From NCBI GenBank assembly GCA_963801165.1, contig CAWDDT010000006.1, forward strand, positions 96,001 through 160,000: a stretch of 64,000 bases of DNA, read 5' to 3'. Shown here piece after piece: positions 17,167 to 27,490 of this stretch. Origin of the DNA: an uncultured bacterium (GTDB lineage Bacteria > Actinomycetota > Acidimicrobiia > Spongiisociales > UBA5794). The position numbers were made by a program, and so were the translations under genes. A model generated the notes under the pieces. The model was not told where the DNA came from. It did no database searches and saw nothing but the letters and a program-made list of their open reading frames with translations. Position 1 is the first letter of the stretch. Each line of letters begins with the position of its first letter.

Positions 17167-19743
17167 GTGAAGTGGTTTGTCGGGGTTTTGGCCAGTGTGG
17201 TACGGCGCTCGCCGTGGGGGATCGTTGCCGCCACGGTGCTGTTGACGGTCGTGCTGGGGATTTTCATGACCCAGCAGGAGACGGCGTCCGGCAACGAGGG
17301 TTTCTCGCCCGACACACCCGAGTTCCTTGCTCAGGACGTGATAACGAATCACTTCGCAAGCAACTCCGAGCAGCGTGTTCAGATCGTGGTGACGGCGAAG
17401 AACGGCGACCTGCTGACAGCAGACGGCTTGCGTGACTATCTGGCCATTCGCCAGGCGATTGCAGCGAGCGATGCAGCTCCCCTGATGAAGAACGGAGCCG
17501 ACGCTGACATAGTCGGCTACTTCGATCCGCTGCTGCAGGGCCTGCAAATGCGCGCCGAGCAGACGGGGGTTCCTTTCGACACCATGGTCGCCCAACTGAC
17601 CGACGAAAAGGTGAAGCAGGGGTTCCTCCAGGCCTACGGGAACATCCCCGCCAACACCCAGGCGCTCGTCAGCGGCCTCTTTGGAAACAGCTCGGACCTC
17701 AGCACACCGAGCGCCCAGGTCGCCCTGATGGTTGTGACGCTCAACGTCTCCGATCTCAACGACCCGGACGAGACCAAGCTGCAGGCCATCGAGGTAAACA
17801 TGGCCGATGCGATATCGGAGGTGCCGACGGTCGCGTCCAATCCGCAGGCTTTCAGTTTTGCGCTCCTCTTCGCCGATAGTGGTCAATTCCAGAGCGAGAT
17901 CGGGCGACTATTCGCCGAGGCCTTCGCCATCATCATCCTCATCCTGATGTTCGTCTACTGGATCCACCCCAAGGGGCGGCTCACGAGAGGTAAGGCGATC
18001 CGCCGCTCGGCAGCAGACATGGCGGTCACGATGCTGGTGATCATCATGTCGATCGTGTGGATGAACGGGCTCGGTGTGCTTCTCGGGCCCAAGTACCTCA
18101 ACATCATCGGGAACTTCAACGAGATTCTGCAGATCCTGCCCATTCTGCTCATCGGTCTTGGCGTCGACTACGCCATTCACCTGACGAGCCGCTACCGCGA
18201 GGAGCTGGGCGCGGGAGTCGCTGTACAGGATTCGGCCATCAACGCCACCCGGACGGTGGGCATTGCTCTCGTGCTGGCAACCGTCACCACCTCGGTCGGC
18301 TTTCTGACGAACGTCGTCAACCCGGTGACGGCGCTGCGCGACTTTGGCATTCTTGCCGCCGTCGGCATCTCGTCGGCGTTCATCTTGATGCTGACCGTCG
18401 TTCCCGCCGTTCGTGTGCTTCTCGACAGCCGGGGCCAGCGAGCCGGTCACCTCGAGCGGCAGGCCTTCGGCCATCAGAGCGAGCGTGTGCTGCCCAAGAT
18501 AATGGGGTCGACGGCTGTGCTTGCCGAGAAGTACGCGGTCACCACGTTGATAGTCGCCCTGGCGCTCGGTGGGCTTGGCTTCTACGGTCTCACCAACCTC
18601 AGCACGACGTTCAGCTTCACGGACTTCTTGCCTGAGGGGAATACGCTGCTGAAGACGTACGACACGATCACCGCCCAGTTTGGCGGGGGTTTCGGCGAGC
18701 AGACCAATGTGATCATCGAGGGCGACGTGGCCAGCCCCGCCGTGTACAACGCGATCGTGGCGTCGTGGGACAACATGGCCGACACTCCCGACGTTGTGCA
18801 ATTCGGATCGGCGCCAGCGGCAGAGTCCCCCGTCTCTGTGATAGCGCAGCTTGCGAATCCATCCTCCGACACGTTCAATCAGGACTTCGCCGCTTATGCG
18901 GCGAGCGCCGGGCTCCAGCCTGATCTCACGGTCGCGCCGGATACGGATGTCACCGCGCTCTACGATCGGGCCGCAACGGTCAACCCGGATGCCATGGCTG
19001 CCGTAGTAGCCAAGGTCAACGGCTCGTATCACTACGTCGACGTTGCGGTGACGACGCAAGCGGGCGAGCAACGCGCCCTCGACCTGTCCGCTGATTTGAA
19101 GACTGATTTCGCACCGGTCATCGCGGCGGGTGCGACTGCCGTACCTACCAACCAGAACATCATCAGCGGAGGGGTGGTCACCGCGCTTCAGAACAGCCAG
19201 AAGGCATCGCTGACCATCACGATCCTCGCTGCGATGTTGCTGCTGGTATTGACGTTCTGGGTGGAGTCGCGCCGGCCGTTCTTGGGGGTGATCACCATTC
19301 TCCCGGTGGCGCTGGTTGTGCTGTGGGTGTTCGGGATCATGGCGGCGCGCGGTATCTCGTTTAACCCCGTCACCGCCACCATCGCCAACCTGGCGATCGG
19401 TATCGGAGTCCCATACACGATCCACATCACCCACCGCTACCAGGAGGATCGGCGGCGGTACGAGAGCCCTGAGGAAGCCATCCGCTCGACGACCACTCAT
19501 ACCGGCGGAGCGCTGGCGGGCTCGGCGTTCACGACGGCAGCCGGCTTCGGCATCCTGGTCACGTCCACTCTCAAGCCGTTCAAGCAGTTTGGTGAGGTGA
19601 CCTTCTGGGCGATCGTATTTGCGTTGGTGGCAAGCGTCCTGGTGCTGCCGTCGATGCTGGTGCTGTGGGATCGCTGGCACCGCAACCGTGGTGAGCAGGT
19701 GGTGGACGAAGCTGCCTTCGAGCGATCGCATACCGGCGTATGA
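17167..19743 (+). CDS. MMPL/RND family transporter
   Basis: Two repeats of TM + large extracellular loop + TM bundle; GLGVDYAIH in the first repeat, GIGVPYTIH in the second. Confidence 0.88.
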   Translation: MKWFVGVLASVVRRSPWGIVAATVLLTVVLGIFMTQQETASGNEGFSPDTPEFLAQDVITNHFASNSEQRVQIVVTAKNGDLLTADGLRDYLAIRQAIAASDAAPLMKNGADADIVGYFDPLLQGLQMRAEQTGVPFDTMVAQLTDEKVKQGFLQAYGNIPANTQALVSGLFGNSSDLSTPSAQVALMVVTLNVSDLNDPDETKLQAIEVNMADAISEVPTVASNPQAFSFALLFADSGQFQSEIGRLFAEAFAIIILILMFVYWIHPKGRLTRGKAIRRSAADMAVTMLVIIMSIVWMNGLGVLLGPKYLNIIGNFNEILQILPILLIGLGVDYAIHLTSRYREELGAGVAVQDSAINATRTVGIALVLATVTTSVGFLTNVVNPVTALRDFGILAAVGISSAFILMLTVVPAVRVLLDSRGQRAGHLERQAFGHQSERVLPKIMGSTAVLAEKYAVTTLIVALALGGLGFYGLTNLSTTFSFTDFLPEGNTLLKTYDTITAQFGGGFGEQTNVIIEGDVASPAVYNAIVASWDNMADTPDVVQFGSAPAAESPVSVIAQLANPSSDTFNQDFAAYAASAGLQPDLTVAPDTDVTALYDRAATVNPDAMAAVVAKVNGSYHYVDVAVTTQAGEQRALDLSADLKTDFAPVIAAGATAVPTNQNIISGGVVTALQNSQKASLTITILAAMLLLVLTFWVESRRPFLGVITILPVALVVLWVFGIMAARGISFNPVTATIANLAIGIGVPYTIHITHRYQEDRRRYESPEEAIRSTTTHTGGALAGSAFTTAAGFGILVTSTLKPFKQFGEVTFWAIVFALVASVLVLPSMLVLWDRWHRNRGEQVVDEAAFERSHTGV

Positions 19744-20255
19744 CGGACCGGCGACCCGAGTTACCCAAGATCGAGGTCGACCCGGTCGTGGCCGCGGCCG
19801 CCGGCATGCCGGAGGACCTCGATGCCAACCTGCTCGGGCCCTATACGGTGCCGGATCCGGCCCGCCGGCGCCAGTCGGGCTCCGTCTACCTCATCGGCGC
19901 GGCCATCACCGTTGTAGCCATCATCCTCGGGCTCCCCGCGGGTATGTGGTCGATCGTTGTGGTCTTTGCCGCGATCGCCGGCTACCACATGGTCGCAGGG
20001 GTTCACCTCACCGTGACCGACACGAGAGCCTTGACCGTGGCGACGGGAGCCGTCGGGTTCCCGGTCGGCCATGCGTCGGCGGTTCTGGGGTTCGACGGTC
20101 TGTTGGCCCGTCCGGTGTGGAATGTGCTGGTGTTCTCAGCGGACGAGCCTCCCACCGAGCGTGGTCTCGTGCGCGTCGATGGCCGCTCGGGCGAGGTCGT
20201 CGAGACCTACACCGAGCCGGTGCCACCGGCCACAGAATGGGAGACGCCGGGGTAG
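19740..20255 (+). CDS. Hypothetical membrane protein
   Basis: ATGA overlap with the MMPL stop; two hydrophobic helices. Confidence 0.7.
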   Translation: MTDRRPELPKIEVDPVVAAAAGMPEDLDANLLGPYTVPDPARRRQSGSVYLIGAAITVVAIILGLPAGMWSIVVVFAAIAGYHMVAGVHLTVTDTRALTVATGAVGFPVGHASAVLGFDGLLARPVWNVLVFSADEPPTERGLVRVDGRSGEVVETYTEPVPPATEWETPG

Positions 20256-20303
20256 AAGGCGTCCGGGGCGAAGCGCCGACTGCCGAGCCGCGAACGGCGC
20301 ACG

Positions 20304-21596
20304 CTACCGCTGATGCAGCGGGATGAACTTGCGGGCCGTCTCTCCGGTGTAGATCTGCCGGGGTCGTGCGATCCGGGTGTCGGGGTCCTCCGCCATCTCT
20401 TTCCAGTTAGCGATCCAGCCGGGAAGACGGCCGATCGCAAACAACACGGTGAACATCCGGGTGGGAAAGCCGAGGGCCCGGAAGATGATTCCGGAGTAGA
20501 AGTCGACGTTCGGGTACAGGTTGCGCTCCTGAAAGTACTCATCGTTGAGGGCGACCTGTTCCAACTCCTCAGCGACTTTCAGCAGCGGGTCGTCGCCACG
20601 TAGCCGATCGAGGACGTCGTCGGCAAACTTCTTGAGGATCCGTGCCCGCGGATCGTAGTTCTTGTAGACCCGGTGCCCGAAACCCATCAGCCGGAACGGA
20701 TCGTCCTTGTCTTTGGCCCTGGCAACGTAGGACTCGGTTGTTGCCTTTGGGTCGTTTGCGATGCCGGAGAGCATCTCGACGACAGCTTGGTTGGCGCCGC
20801 CGTGCAGGGGGCCCCACAGTGCGTTCATGCCCGCTGCCACGGAGGCGAACAGGTTTGCCTGGCTCGAGCCGACGAACCGGACCGTGGCGGTCGAGCAATT
20901 CTGCCCATGGTCTGCGTGGAGGATGAGCAACACATTGAGCGCTTTGACGATCACCGGGTCTACATGGTATTGCTCGCTTGGCACTGCAAACATCATGTGG
21001 AGGAAGTTCTCGACGTATCGCAGGTCGTTGCGCGGGTAGATATAAGGGAACCCGGTTGACTTCTTGTAGGCCCAGGCGGCGACGGTCGGCATCTTGGCGA
21101 TCAGACGCTGTGCGCTCTCGATCACAGATTCCTCGTCCTTCGGGTTGTGGTATTCCTCATAGAAGGTCGAGATCGCATTGGTTGCCGAGGAGAGAATTGC
21201 CATAGGGTGAGCGCTCTTTGGGAACGCATCGAAGAATCGCTTCAACTCCTCGTTGAGCAGGCTGTGACGCTTCATCGTGGCCTGCCACTCTTCCAGCTCG
21301 TGCTTGTTGGGTAGATGCCCGAAGAGCAGCAGGAAGGCGACCTCCAGGAACGAACAGCTGTTGGCGAGATCCTCGATGGCGTAGCCCCGGTGGGTCAACG
21401 TTCCCGCCGCGCCGTCGATGTAGGTGATAGCCGACCGGGCCGGTGCAGTATTGGCAAACCCGGGGTCATAGGTCACGGTGTGCGTCGCGGCCCGCAGCGT
21501 GCGGATGTCGAATCCGACGTTCCCTACGTTCGGTCGAACCGCGGGTAGTTCCAATGTTTTGTCCCCGATGTTGAGCGTTGCACCTACCTCATCCAT
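20304..21596 (-). CDS. gltA: Citrate synthase (type II)
   Basis: YDPGFANT, LHADHGQNCST, GPLHGGAN, LMGFGHRVYKNYDPRA, YPNVDFYSG. Confidence 0.97.
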   Translation of the reverse strand: MDEVGATLNIGDKTLELPAVRPNVGNVGFDIRTLRAATHTVTYDPGFANTAPARSAITYIDGAAGTLTHRGYAIEDLANSCSFLEVAFLLLFGHLPNKHELEEWQATMKRHSLLNEELKRFFDAFPKSAHPMAILSSATNAISTFYEEYHNPKDEESVIESAQRLIAKMPTVAAWAYKKSTGFPYIYPRNDLRYVENFLHMMFAVPSEQYHVDPVIVKALNVLLILHADHGQNCSTATVRFVGSSQANLFASVAAGMNALWGPLHGGANQAVVEMLSGIANDPKATTESYVARAKDKDDPFRLMGFGHRVYKNYDPRARILKKFADDVLDRLRGDDPLLKVAEELEQVALNDEYFQERNLYPNVDFYSGIIFRALGFPTRMFTVLFAIGRLPGWIANWKEMAEDPDTRIARPRQIYTGETARKFIPLHQR

Positions 21597-21750
21597 GTAG
21601 CGGCCTTTGCCTTTCTGATCATGTTGTCAATTTGGGCCGGAGTGTAGCGATCTGCATCCCGGGCGGCTCCAGCACCGCGTCGGAAGCGTTGTCGCGTCGC
21701 GGGTTGGCTGCGGCAACCGGGGTCACGCGTGGTAGCTTTTAGTCCGGAAC

Positions 21751-21868
21751 TCCAATCTACCGGGAGATGCGACCCATTGGTCGGCGCCGGACGGGTTTTG
21801 GTCTGGCGCCTCGGCGGGCCGGTCCAACGAAGGGCCGCCTGCCGCTCTCCCGCACGATTGAGGTTGGA
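21751..21868 (+). ncRNA. Candidate structured leader RNA (four-way junction) upstream of pgsA
   Basis: Five helices folded by hand with almost no unpaired linker; four G-U pairs favour the + strand; TAGCTT -10-like box at 21733-21738; the 3' strand abuts the AGGAG RBS. Confidence 0.6.
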
Positions 21869-21880
21869 AGGAGATCAATA

Positions 21881-22477
21881 GTGCTCGATCTGAGGGCTCG
21901 GAGTCGGCTTGCCCCGGTTCTCGATCCGATCGCGGTCGGTTTGTCGAAGGCGAAGCTGACACCCACGATGGTCACCATTCTCGGCCTGTTGGTGACGCTG
22001 GCGGGAGCTTCATTGATCGCGGTCGACCGCTATGCCCTCGGTGCCTTCATCGCCGGAGTCGGCTCGACGCTCGATGCACTGGACGGTCCACTCGCGCGTT
22101 ACCAGGGAACCGCATCGATTCGCGGCGCCTTCGTGGACACCATGTCGGACCGGCTTGGCGAGATCGGGCTGTGGACGGGTCTGACGTTCAGCCTGCGTAG
22201 CGACGAGACGGGTCTCATGTTGTGTCTCCTCGCCCTCGCGTTCTCGTTGCTGACACCCTACGTTCGCTCCAAGGCGGAGAGTTGGGGAGCGGAGGGCCGG
22301 GGCGGTTGGATGGGTCGCGGAGAGCGGATGATCCTGATGCTGGTTGGGCTGATCGTCTACGGCTGGGGTCTGCGGGTTCTGCACCCGATGTTGTGGACTT
22401 TCGTCCTGCTGTCCGGGTTCACGGTGGCGCAGCGCAGCGTACGGACCTGGCAGCAACTGAGCGAAGACAACGAGTAG
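21881..22477 (+). CDS. pgsA: CDP-alcohol phosphatidyltransferase (phosphatidylinositol phosphate synthase)
   Basis: DALDGPLAR...GAFVDTMSDR signature; first gene of the pgsA-acyltransferase-pimA cluster. Confidence 0.88.
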   Translation: MLDLRARSRLAPVLDPIAVGLSKAKLTPTMVTILGLLVTLAGASLIAVDRYALGAFIAGVGSTLDALDGPLARYQGTASIRGAFVDTMSDRLGEIGLWTGLTFSLRSDETGLMLCLLALAFSLLTPYVRSKAESWGAEGRGGWMGRGERMILMLVGLIVYGWGLRVLHPMLWTFVLLSGFTVAQRSVRTWQQLSEDNE

Positions 22478-22482
22478 CGACC

Positions 22483-23367
22483 GTGAAGGATCGGCTTGGC
22501 TACATCGCATACCGGGCTTTCGTCGGCGTCCTCGGTTGGTTCACCGAACCGGCGATGCGAGCGACGGGGGAGTGGTTGGGACGCGCCGCCTGGTATCTCG
22601 CACCGGGACGGAGACGGTTGGTGCAGCGACACCTGAGGCGGATTCTCGGTCCGGATACGGATGTCGTCGCGAGATCCAAGGCAATGTTCGCCAGCTACGG
22701 GCGCTACTGGGCGGAGACATTCTGGCTGCGCCCGCACCGCATCGCCGGCCTGGTGAGCAAGTCCACCGTCGACAACGAGAAGGGGTTGCGGGCGGCATTC
22801 GATGAGGGGCGGGGGGTGCTGCTCATCCTGCCGCATATGGGGAACTGGGAGGTCGCCGGGGCCGTCGCCAGGGATCTCGGGATGCCCGTGCTGTCGGCGG
22901 CGGAAAACCTTCCGAATCCTCTCATCACCAAGTGGTTCCTCGACGTCAGGAGAATGGCCGGGATCGACATCGTGCTCACCGGCAGGGGAGCACGGGCCAC
23001 TGTTTCGCTGCTGCAGCGCCTCGAGGAAGGCGGCACGGTGGCACTGCTCGCCGACAGGGACGTTACCGGGCGGGGTATTCCCGTCACCTTCTTCGGCGAG
23101 GAGACAACCATGCCGGCGGGGCCGATCGCCCTTGCCGTCAAGACGGGGGCGCCCGTTCTGGTTGCCGGTTCCTACTTCGAGGAGGGCGCTGGCCACAGGT
23201 ACGTCGTGTCTGATCCCCTTGCGATTCCCGAGAACGGGACCAAGGAGGACCGGATCTCCGTCGGAGTGCAGTTGCTTGCCAACGCCCTCGAAGAGTGCAT
23301 AGTGCGCAAGCCGGAGGACTGGCACTTGTTCGTACCCAACTGGCCGTCCGATCGGGCGTCTGCGTGA
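22483..23367 (+). CDS. Phosphatidylinositol mannoside acyltransferase (PatA-like)
   Basis: LPHMGNWE, LLADRD, FFGEETTMPAGP, PEDWHLFVPNW; position between pgsA and pimA. Confidence 0.88.
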   Translation: MKDRLGYIAYRAFVGVLGWFTEPAMRATGEWLGRAAWYLAPGRRRLVQRHLRRILGPDTDVVARSKAMFASYGRYWAETFWLRPHRIAGLVSKSTVDNEKGLRAAFDEGRGVLLILPHMGNWEVAGAVARDLGMPVLSAAENLPNPLITKWFLDVRRMAGIDIVLTGRGARATVSLLQRLEEGGTVALLADRDVTGRGIPVTFFGEETTMPAGPIALAVKTGAPVLVAGSYFEEGAGHRYVVSDPLAIPENGTKEDRISVGVQLLANALEECIVRKPEDWHLFVPNWPSDRASA

Positions 23368-24407
23368 AGGTGGGTCTCGTTTGCCCGTACGACCTGGGTC
23401 GGCCGGGCGGTGTCCAGGACCAGATCGTGCGGCTCGCCGGCTGGCTCAGGGGTGCCGGGCACACCGTAGTGATCGTTGCGCCGGGTGAGCACGATGACCC
23501 GGGCTTCGTTTCGGCCGGACCGGCGACGATCGTTCCCGCCAACGGTGCCTCGGCTCCGGTGGCGCTGTCCCCGCGGACCGTGCGGCGAGTTGTTTCTGCT
23601 ATCGACGGGACGGACCTGGTGCACGTACACGAGCCGTTGATGCCACAGGTGTCGCTGGGTGTGCTCCGGCACGCCCGACAACCGCTGGTGGGTACGTTCC
23701 ACGCCGCCCCTTCGTCTGCGGCTGCCCTGGCCTACACCCTTGGACGCCCGCTGAGCGGGAGATGGCTGCGGCGTCTCGGAGTCATAACGGCAGTCAGCCC
23801 TGTTGCCGCCCGGGCGGTGGAGTTCACGGGCCGGGTGCGCATCATCCCCAACGGCGTCGACGTCGCGCAATACGGTGGGGACGGCAAGCAGCCGAAGTCT
23901 GTGGTCTTTCTGGGCCGCGACGATGAGCGCAAGGGACTCTCGGTCCTGCTCGATGCGTGGCCGGACGTGACCAGAGTCGACCCGGAGGCGAGCTTGACAA
24001 TTGTCGGCGCAGAGCGGTCCGGTGATCCAATCCCGGGCGTTGTGTTTGCCGGACGGGTCACCGAAGCCGCCAAACGACGCTATCTCGCTTCGGCGGCGGT
24101 CTTCTGCGCCCCCAACCTGGGTGGTGAGAGTTTCGGCATCGTTGTGGTCGAGGCCATGGCCGCGGCCTGTGCGGTTGTCGCAACGGGACTTCCCGCCTTT
24201 GTGCATGTTGCCGGAGACACTGCGGTGTATACCGCCCCCGGCGATGCCGCCGGGGTCGCGGCGGCGATTTCGGGGTTGATCGGTGGCCCGGCTCGCAGCA
24301 GCGAGCTCGGGAGGAAGGCCCAGGAGAGGGCGTGGCGATTCGACGGCCCCGCCGTCGCGGCGGCCTACCTGGCTGCATATGAGGATGCCCTGTCCGCCGC
24401 CGGGTGA
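23364..24407 (+). CDS. pimA: GT4 glycosyltransferase, phosphatidyl-myo-inositol mannosyltransferase
   Basis: VGLVCPYD..PGGVQ, HVHEP, GTFH, APNLGGESFGIVVVEAMAA; cluster context. Confidence 0.8.
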   Translation: MKVGLVCPYDLGRPGGVQDQIVRLAGWLRGAGHTVVIVAPGEHDDPGFVSAGPATIVPANGASAPVALSPRTVRRVVSAIDGTDLVHVHEPLMPQVSLGVLRHARQPLVGTFHAAPSSAAALAYTLGRPLSGRWLRRLGVITAVSPVAARAVEFTGRVRIIPNGVDVAQYGGDGKQPKSVVFLGRDDERKGLSVLLDAWPDVTRVDPEASLTIVGAERSGDPIPGVVFAGRVTEAAKRRYLASAAVFCAPNLGGESFGIVVVEAMAAACAVVATGLPAFVHVAGDTAVYTAPGDAAGVAAAISGLIGGPARSSELGRKAQERAWRFDGPAVAAAYLAAYEDALSAAG

Positions 24408-24422
24408 ATCCACAGCTAGCGT

Positions 24423-25202
24423 GTGGCCGTGGACACGTCGCAGACCGTGGTTGACATCCAAGAGGGCGTGGGTCGTATTCTCCTCAACAGGCCCGAGCGG
24501 AGAAACGCCCTCGGTCTGGCCATGCTGGAAGAGCTGAGTAGACGTCTCACCGAACTGGGCGAGGACCCCGCGGTTCGGGTGGTGACGATCGCAGGCACCG
24601 GGCAGGCGTTCTCAGCCGGACACGACCTGAGCGAGATGATCGACAGGGAGCAGGAGTTCTACGACGCCCTCTTCGCCACGTGCACGCAGGTGATGTTGGG
24701 TATCCACGCATGCCCGAGACCTGTAATAGCCCAGGTGCATGGGATGGCGACCGCGGCGGGGTGCCAGTTGGTGGCAGCGTGTGATCTGGCCGTAGCGAGC
24801 GAGGACGCCCGCTTTGCGACGCCGGGCGTCAAGATCGGGCTCTTCTGTTCCACCCCGATGGTTCCGATCACACGCGCTATTGGGCGCAAGCGGGCTATGC
24901 AGATGCTGTTGACGGGCTCACCGATCGACGCCACGACTGCTCTTGGCTGGGGTCTCGTCAACGAGGTCGTCCCGCGTGACGATCTCGAAGAGACGGTCGC
25001 CGGTCTCGCCGCCCGGATCATGCGATACAGCCGCGAGGTCATCGAGCTGGGCAAGGCGGGCTTCTACGCTCAGATAGACGCTGCCGAGAGCGATGCCTAC
25101 CGGGTGGTCGAGCCGATCATGAGCCACAACGCCCGACTCGAAGCGGCTCAGGAGGGGATGTCGGCGTTCCTGGAAAAGCGGCAACCCATCTGGCCCGGGT
25201 AG
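24423..25202 (+). CDS. Enoyl-CoA hydratase/isomerase family protein
   Basis: LNRPERRNAL, FSAGHDL, ATAAGCQLVAACDLAVA. Confidence 0.9.
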   Translation: MAVDTSQTVVDIQEGVGRILLNRPERRNALGLAMLEELSRRLTELGEDPAVRVVTIAGTGQAFSAGHDLSEMIDREQEFYDALFATCTQVMLGIHACPRPVIAQVHGMATAAGCQLVAACDLAVASEDARFATPGVKIGLFCSTPMVPITRAIGRKRAMQMLLTGSPIDATTALGWGLVNEVVPRDDLEETVAGLAARIMRYSREVIELGKAGFYAQIDAAESDAYRVVEPIMSHNARLEAAQEGMSAFLEKRQPIWPG

Positions 25203-25265
25203 CGCGGAGTCAGACGTCGGACCAGCGACCGGTAGACTGATTAGCTGATACACGAGGAGCTGGAA

Positions 25266-26159
25266 ATGAACACGTCCGACTCACAACGAGGCACCGATCT
25301 GGTCAAGAGAGGTCTGGCTGAGATGCTCAAGGGCGGCGTCATCATGGATGTCGTCAATGTGGAGCAAGCGCGAATCGCAGAGGAAGCCGGTGCGGTGGCT
25401 GTGATGGCGTTGGAGCGGGTACCCGCCGATATCCGTGCGATGGGTGGCGTAGCCCGGATGGCCGACCCGACCATCGTCGAAGACATCGTAAATGCGGTCT
25501 CGATCCCGGTTATGGCAAAGGCGCGCATCGGGCATTTCGTCGAGGCTCAGGTACTCCAATCGCTTGGTGTCGACTACATCGACGAATCCGAGGTGTTGAC
25601 CCCCGTCGACGAGAACCATATCGACAAGTGGAAGTTCACCGTCCCGTTCGTGTGTGGGGCCAAGGACCTAGGCGAGGCGCTTCGCCGCATCGGCGAAGGT
25701 GCCGCGATGATCCGCACCAAGGGCGAGCCCGGTACGGGGAACGTCGTCGAGGCCGTCAAGCACATGCGCACGATGAACAAGCAGATACGCCGTCTGACGG
25801 TGCTCGACGACGCGGAGCTGATGGCCGCCGCCAAGGAGCTGCGCGCACCATATGCGCTGGTCAAGGAGGTCGCCGAGACCGGAAAGCTGCCGGTGGTGAA
25901 CTTTGCTGCAGGTGGTATTGCGACGCCCTCCGACTCCGCGCTGATGATGCAGCTCGGCTGTGACGGTGTCTTTGTCGGGTCCGGGATCTTCAAATCCGGT
26001 GACCCGGCGCTGCGAGCGAGGGCCATCGTCGAGGCGACGACGTTTTACACCGACCCCGGGAAGATCGCCAAGGTGTCGCGGAACCTGGGCGAGGCGATGG
26101 TGGGCATCAACATCGACACGCTCACCCCACAGGAGCGGATGCAGGACCGCGGTCTGTAG
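25266..26159 (+). CDS. pdxS: Pyridoxal 5'-phosphate synthase lyase subunit
   Basis: [40 protein letters not shown]. Confidence 0.98.
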   Translation: MNTSDSQRGTDLVKRGLAEMLKGGVIMDVVNVEQARIAEEAGAVAVMALERVPADIRAMGGVARMADPTIVEDIVNAVSIPVMAKARIGHFVEAQVLQSLGVDYIDESEVLTPVDENHIDKWKFTVPFVCGAKDLGEALRRIGEGAAMIRTKGEPGTGNVVEAVKHMRTMNKQIRRLTVLDDAELMAAAKELRAPYALVKEVAETGKLPVVNFAAGGIATPSDSALMMQLGCDGVFVGSGIFKSGDPALRARAIVEATTFYTDPGKIAKVSRNLGEAMVGINIDTLTPQERMQDRGL

Positions 26160-26752
26160 TGCCGGGCCTAGCCAAGACGATCGGTGCCCTCGCGCTCCAG
26201 GGCGATTTTCGCGAGCATCTTGCGGTGGTGCGCCGAATGGGTCTGGAGGGTGTGGAGGTACGGACGCCGGAAGAGTTGGCGGAAGTCGATGCCCTGATCA
26301 TCCCGGGCGGTGAGTCGACTGCCATCGGGCGGTTGGCATCCATCTATGGATTGATCGACCCGCTTCGCGACCGGATCGCGGATGGGTTGCCCGTTCTCGG
26401 GACGTGCGCCGGGATGATCTTCCTCGGCGCGGGCACCGTCAACCACTCGCAGCCACAGCTGGGGGTGCTCGACGTCGTGGTGGAACGCAACGCGTTCGGA
26501 CGCCAGGTCGATTCGTTTGAAGCCGACCTAAGAGTGACCGGGCTCGGCGATCCGGTCCACGCCGTTTTCATCAGAGCCCCGTGGATTCACAAGGTAGGCT
26601 CGGAAGTCGAGATACTGGCGACGGTGCCTGACCCCGAATCGGGTGACGAACATCCCGTCTTCGTGCGGCAAGGGCGTATCCTGGCAACCTCTTTTCATCC
26701 CGAACTGACCGAAGACACGAGGATTCATCAGATGCTCATGGAGGTGGGTTGA
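26159..26752 (+). CDS. pdxT: Pyridoxal 5'-phosphate synthase glutaminase subunit
   Basis: LALQGDFREH, PGGEST, GTCAGMI, FIRAP, SFHPEL. Confidence 0.96.
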   Translation: MPGLAKTIGALALQGDFREHLAVVRRMGLEGVEVRTPEELAEVDALIIPGGESTAIGRLASIYGLIDPLRDRIADGLPVLGTCAGMIFLGAGTVNHSQPQLGVLDVVVERNAFGRQVDSFEADLRVTGLGDPVHAVFIRAPWIHKVGSEVEILATVPDPESGDEHPVFVRQGRILATSFHPELTEDTRIHQMLMEVG

Positions 26753-27490
26753 ATGTCCGGGCATTCCAAATGGGCGAACATCAAACACCGCAAGGGTCGT
26801 CAAGACGCGATACGGGGGAAGCTATTCGCCAAGCTGATTCGGGCCATCGAGGCGTCCGCCCGTCAGGGGGGTGGCGACATCGCCGCCAACGCGACCCTGG
26901 CAACTGCGGTGCAGAAGGCCAAGGACGCCTCTGTCCCCAAAGACAACATCGAGCGGGCGATCTCACGTGGCATCGGGGACGAGGACGGCGCCATCTACGA
27001 CGAGGTTTGGTACGAGGGCTATGCCCCCGGCGGGGTTGCTCTCTACGTCCAGGTGCTCACCGACAACCGCAACCGGGCCGCCTCGGACGTGCGGGCTGCG
27101 TTCACCAGGAACGGAGGCAGCCTCGGTGAGCCCGGTTCGGTCGGCTATCTGTTCGAGCAGAAGGGTTACCTCGTCGCGGCCGGCGACGAGGACACGGTGA
27201 TGCTGGCGGCCCTCGAAGGAGGCGCCGACGATGTCACCGCCAGCGACGAGAGCTGGGAAATCGTCTGTGCACCCGGCGACCTCCAGTTGGTCAGGGGAGC
27301 CCTGGAAACGGCCGGTATCGCCATCGAGCAGGCCGAGGTGACCCAACTGCCTTCCGTGACGGTTACCGTCGACGAGGCCGGTGCGCCGAAGGTGCTGCGA
27401 TTGGTGGATGCTCTCGAGGATCTCGAAGACGTCCAGGCGGTATTTGGGAACTTCGACATCCCCGACGAGGTCCTCGCCTCGATGGATTGA
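26753..27490 (+). CDS. yebC: YebC/PmpR family protein
   Basis: MSGHSKWANIKHRKG, YEGYAPGG, LTDNRNR. Confidence 0.95.
   Translation: MSGHSKWANIKHRKGRQDAIRGKLFAKLIRAIEASARQGGGDIAANATLATAVQKAKDASVPKDNIERAISRGIGDEDGAIYDEVWYEGYAPGGVALYVQVLTDNRNRAASDVRAAFTRNGGSLGEPGSVGYLFEQKGYLVAAGDEDTVMLAALEGGADDVTASDESWEIVCAPGDLQLVRGALETAGIAIEQAEVTQLPSVTVTVDEAGAPKVLRLVDALEDLEDVQAVFGNFDIPDEVLASMD

Noticed and set aside
21761-21854. tRNA or tRNA-Sec interpretation of the cloverleaf
   Set aside because: No TTCRA T-loop, no 7-nt anticodon loop with a 5-6 bp stem, and no CCA; reported as an unknown structured RNA instead.
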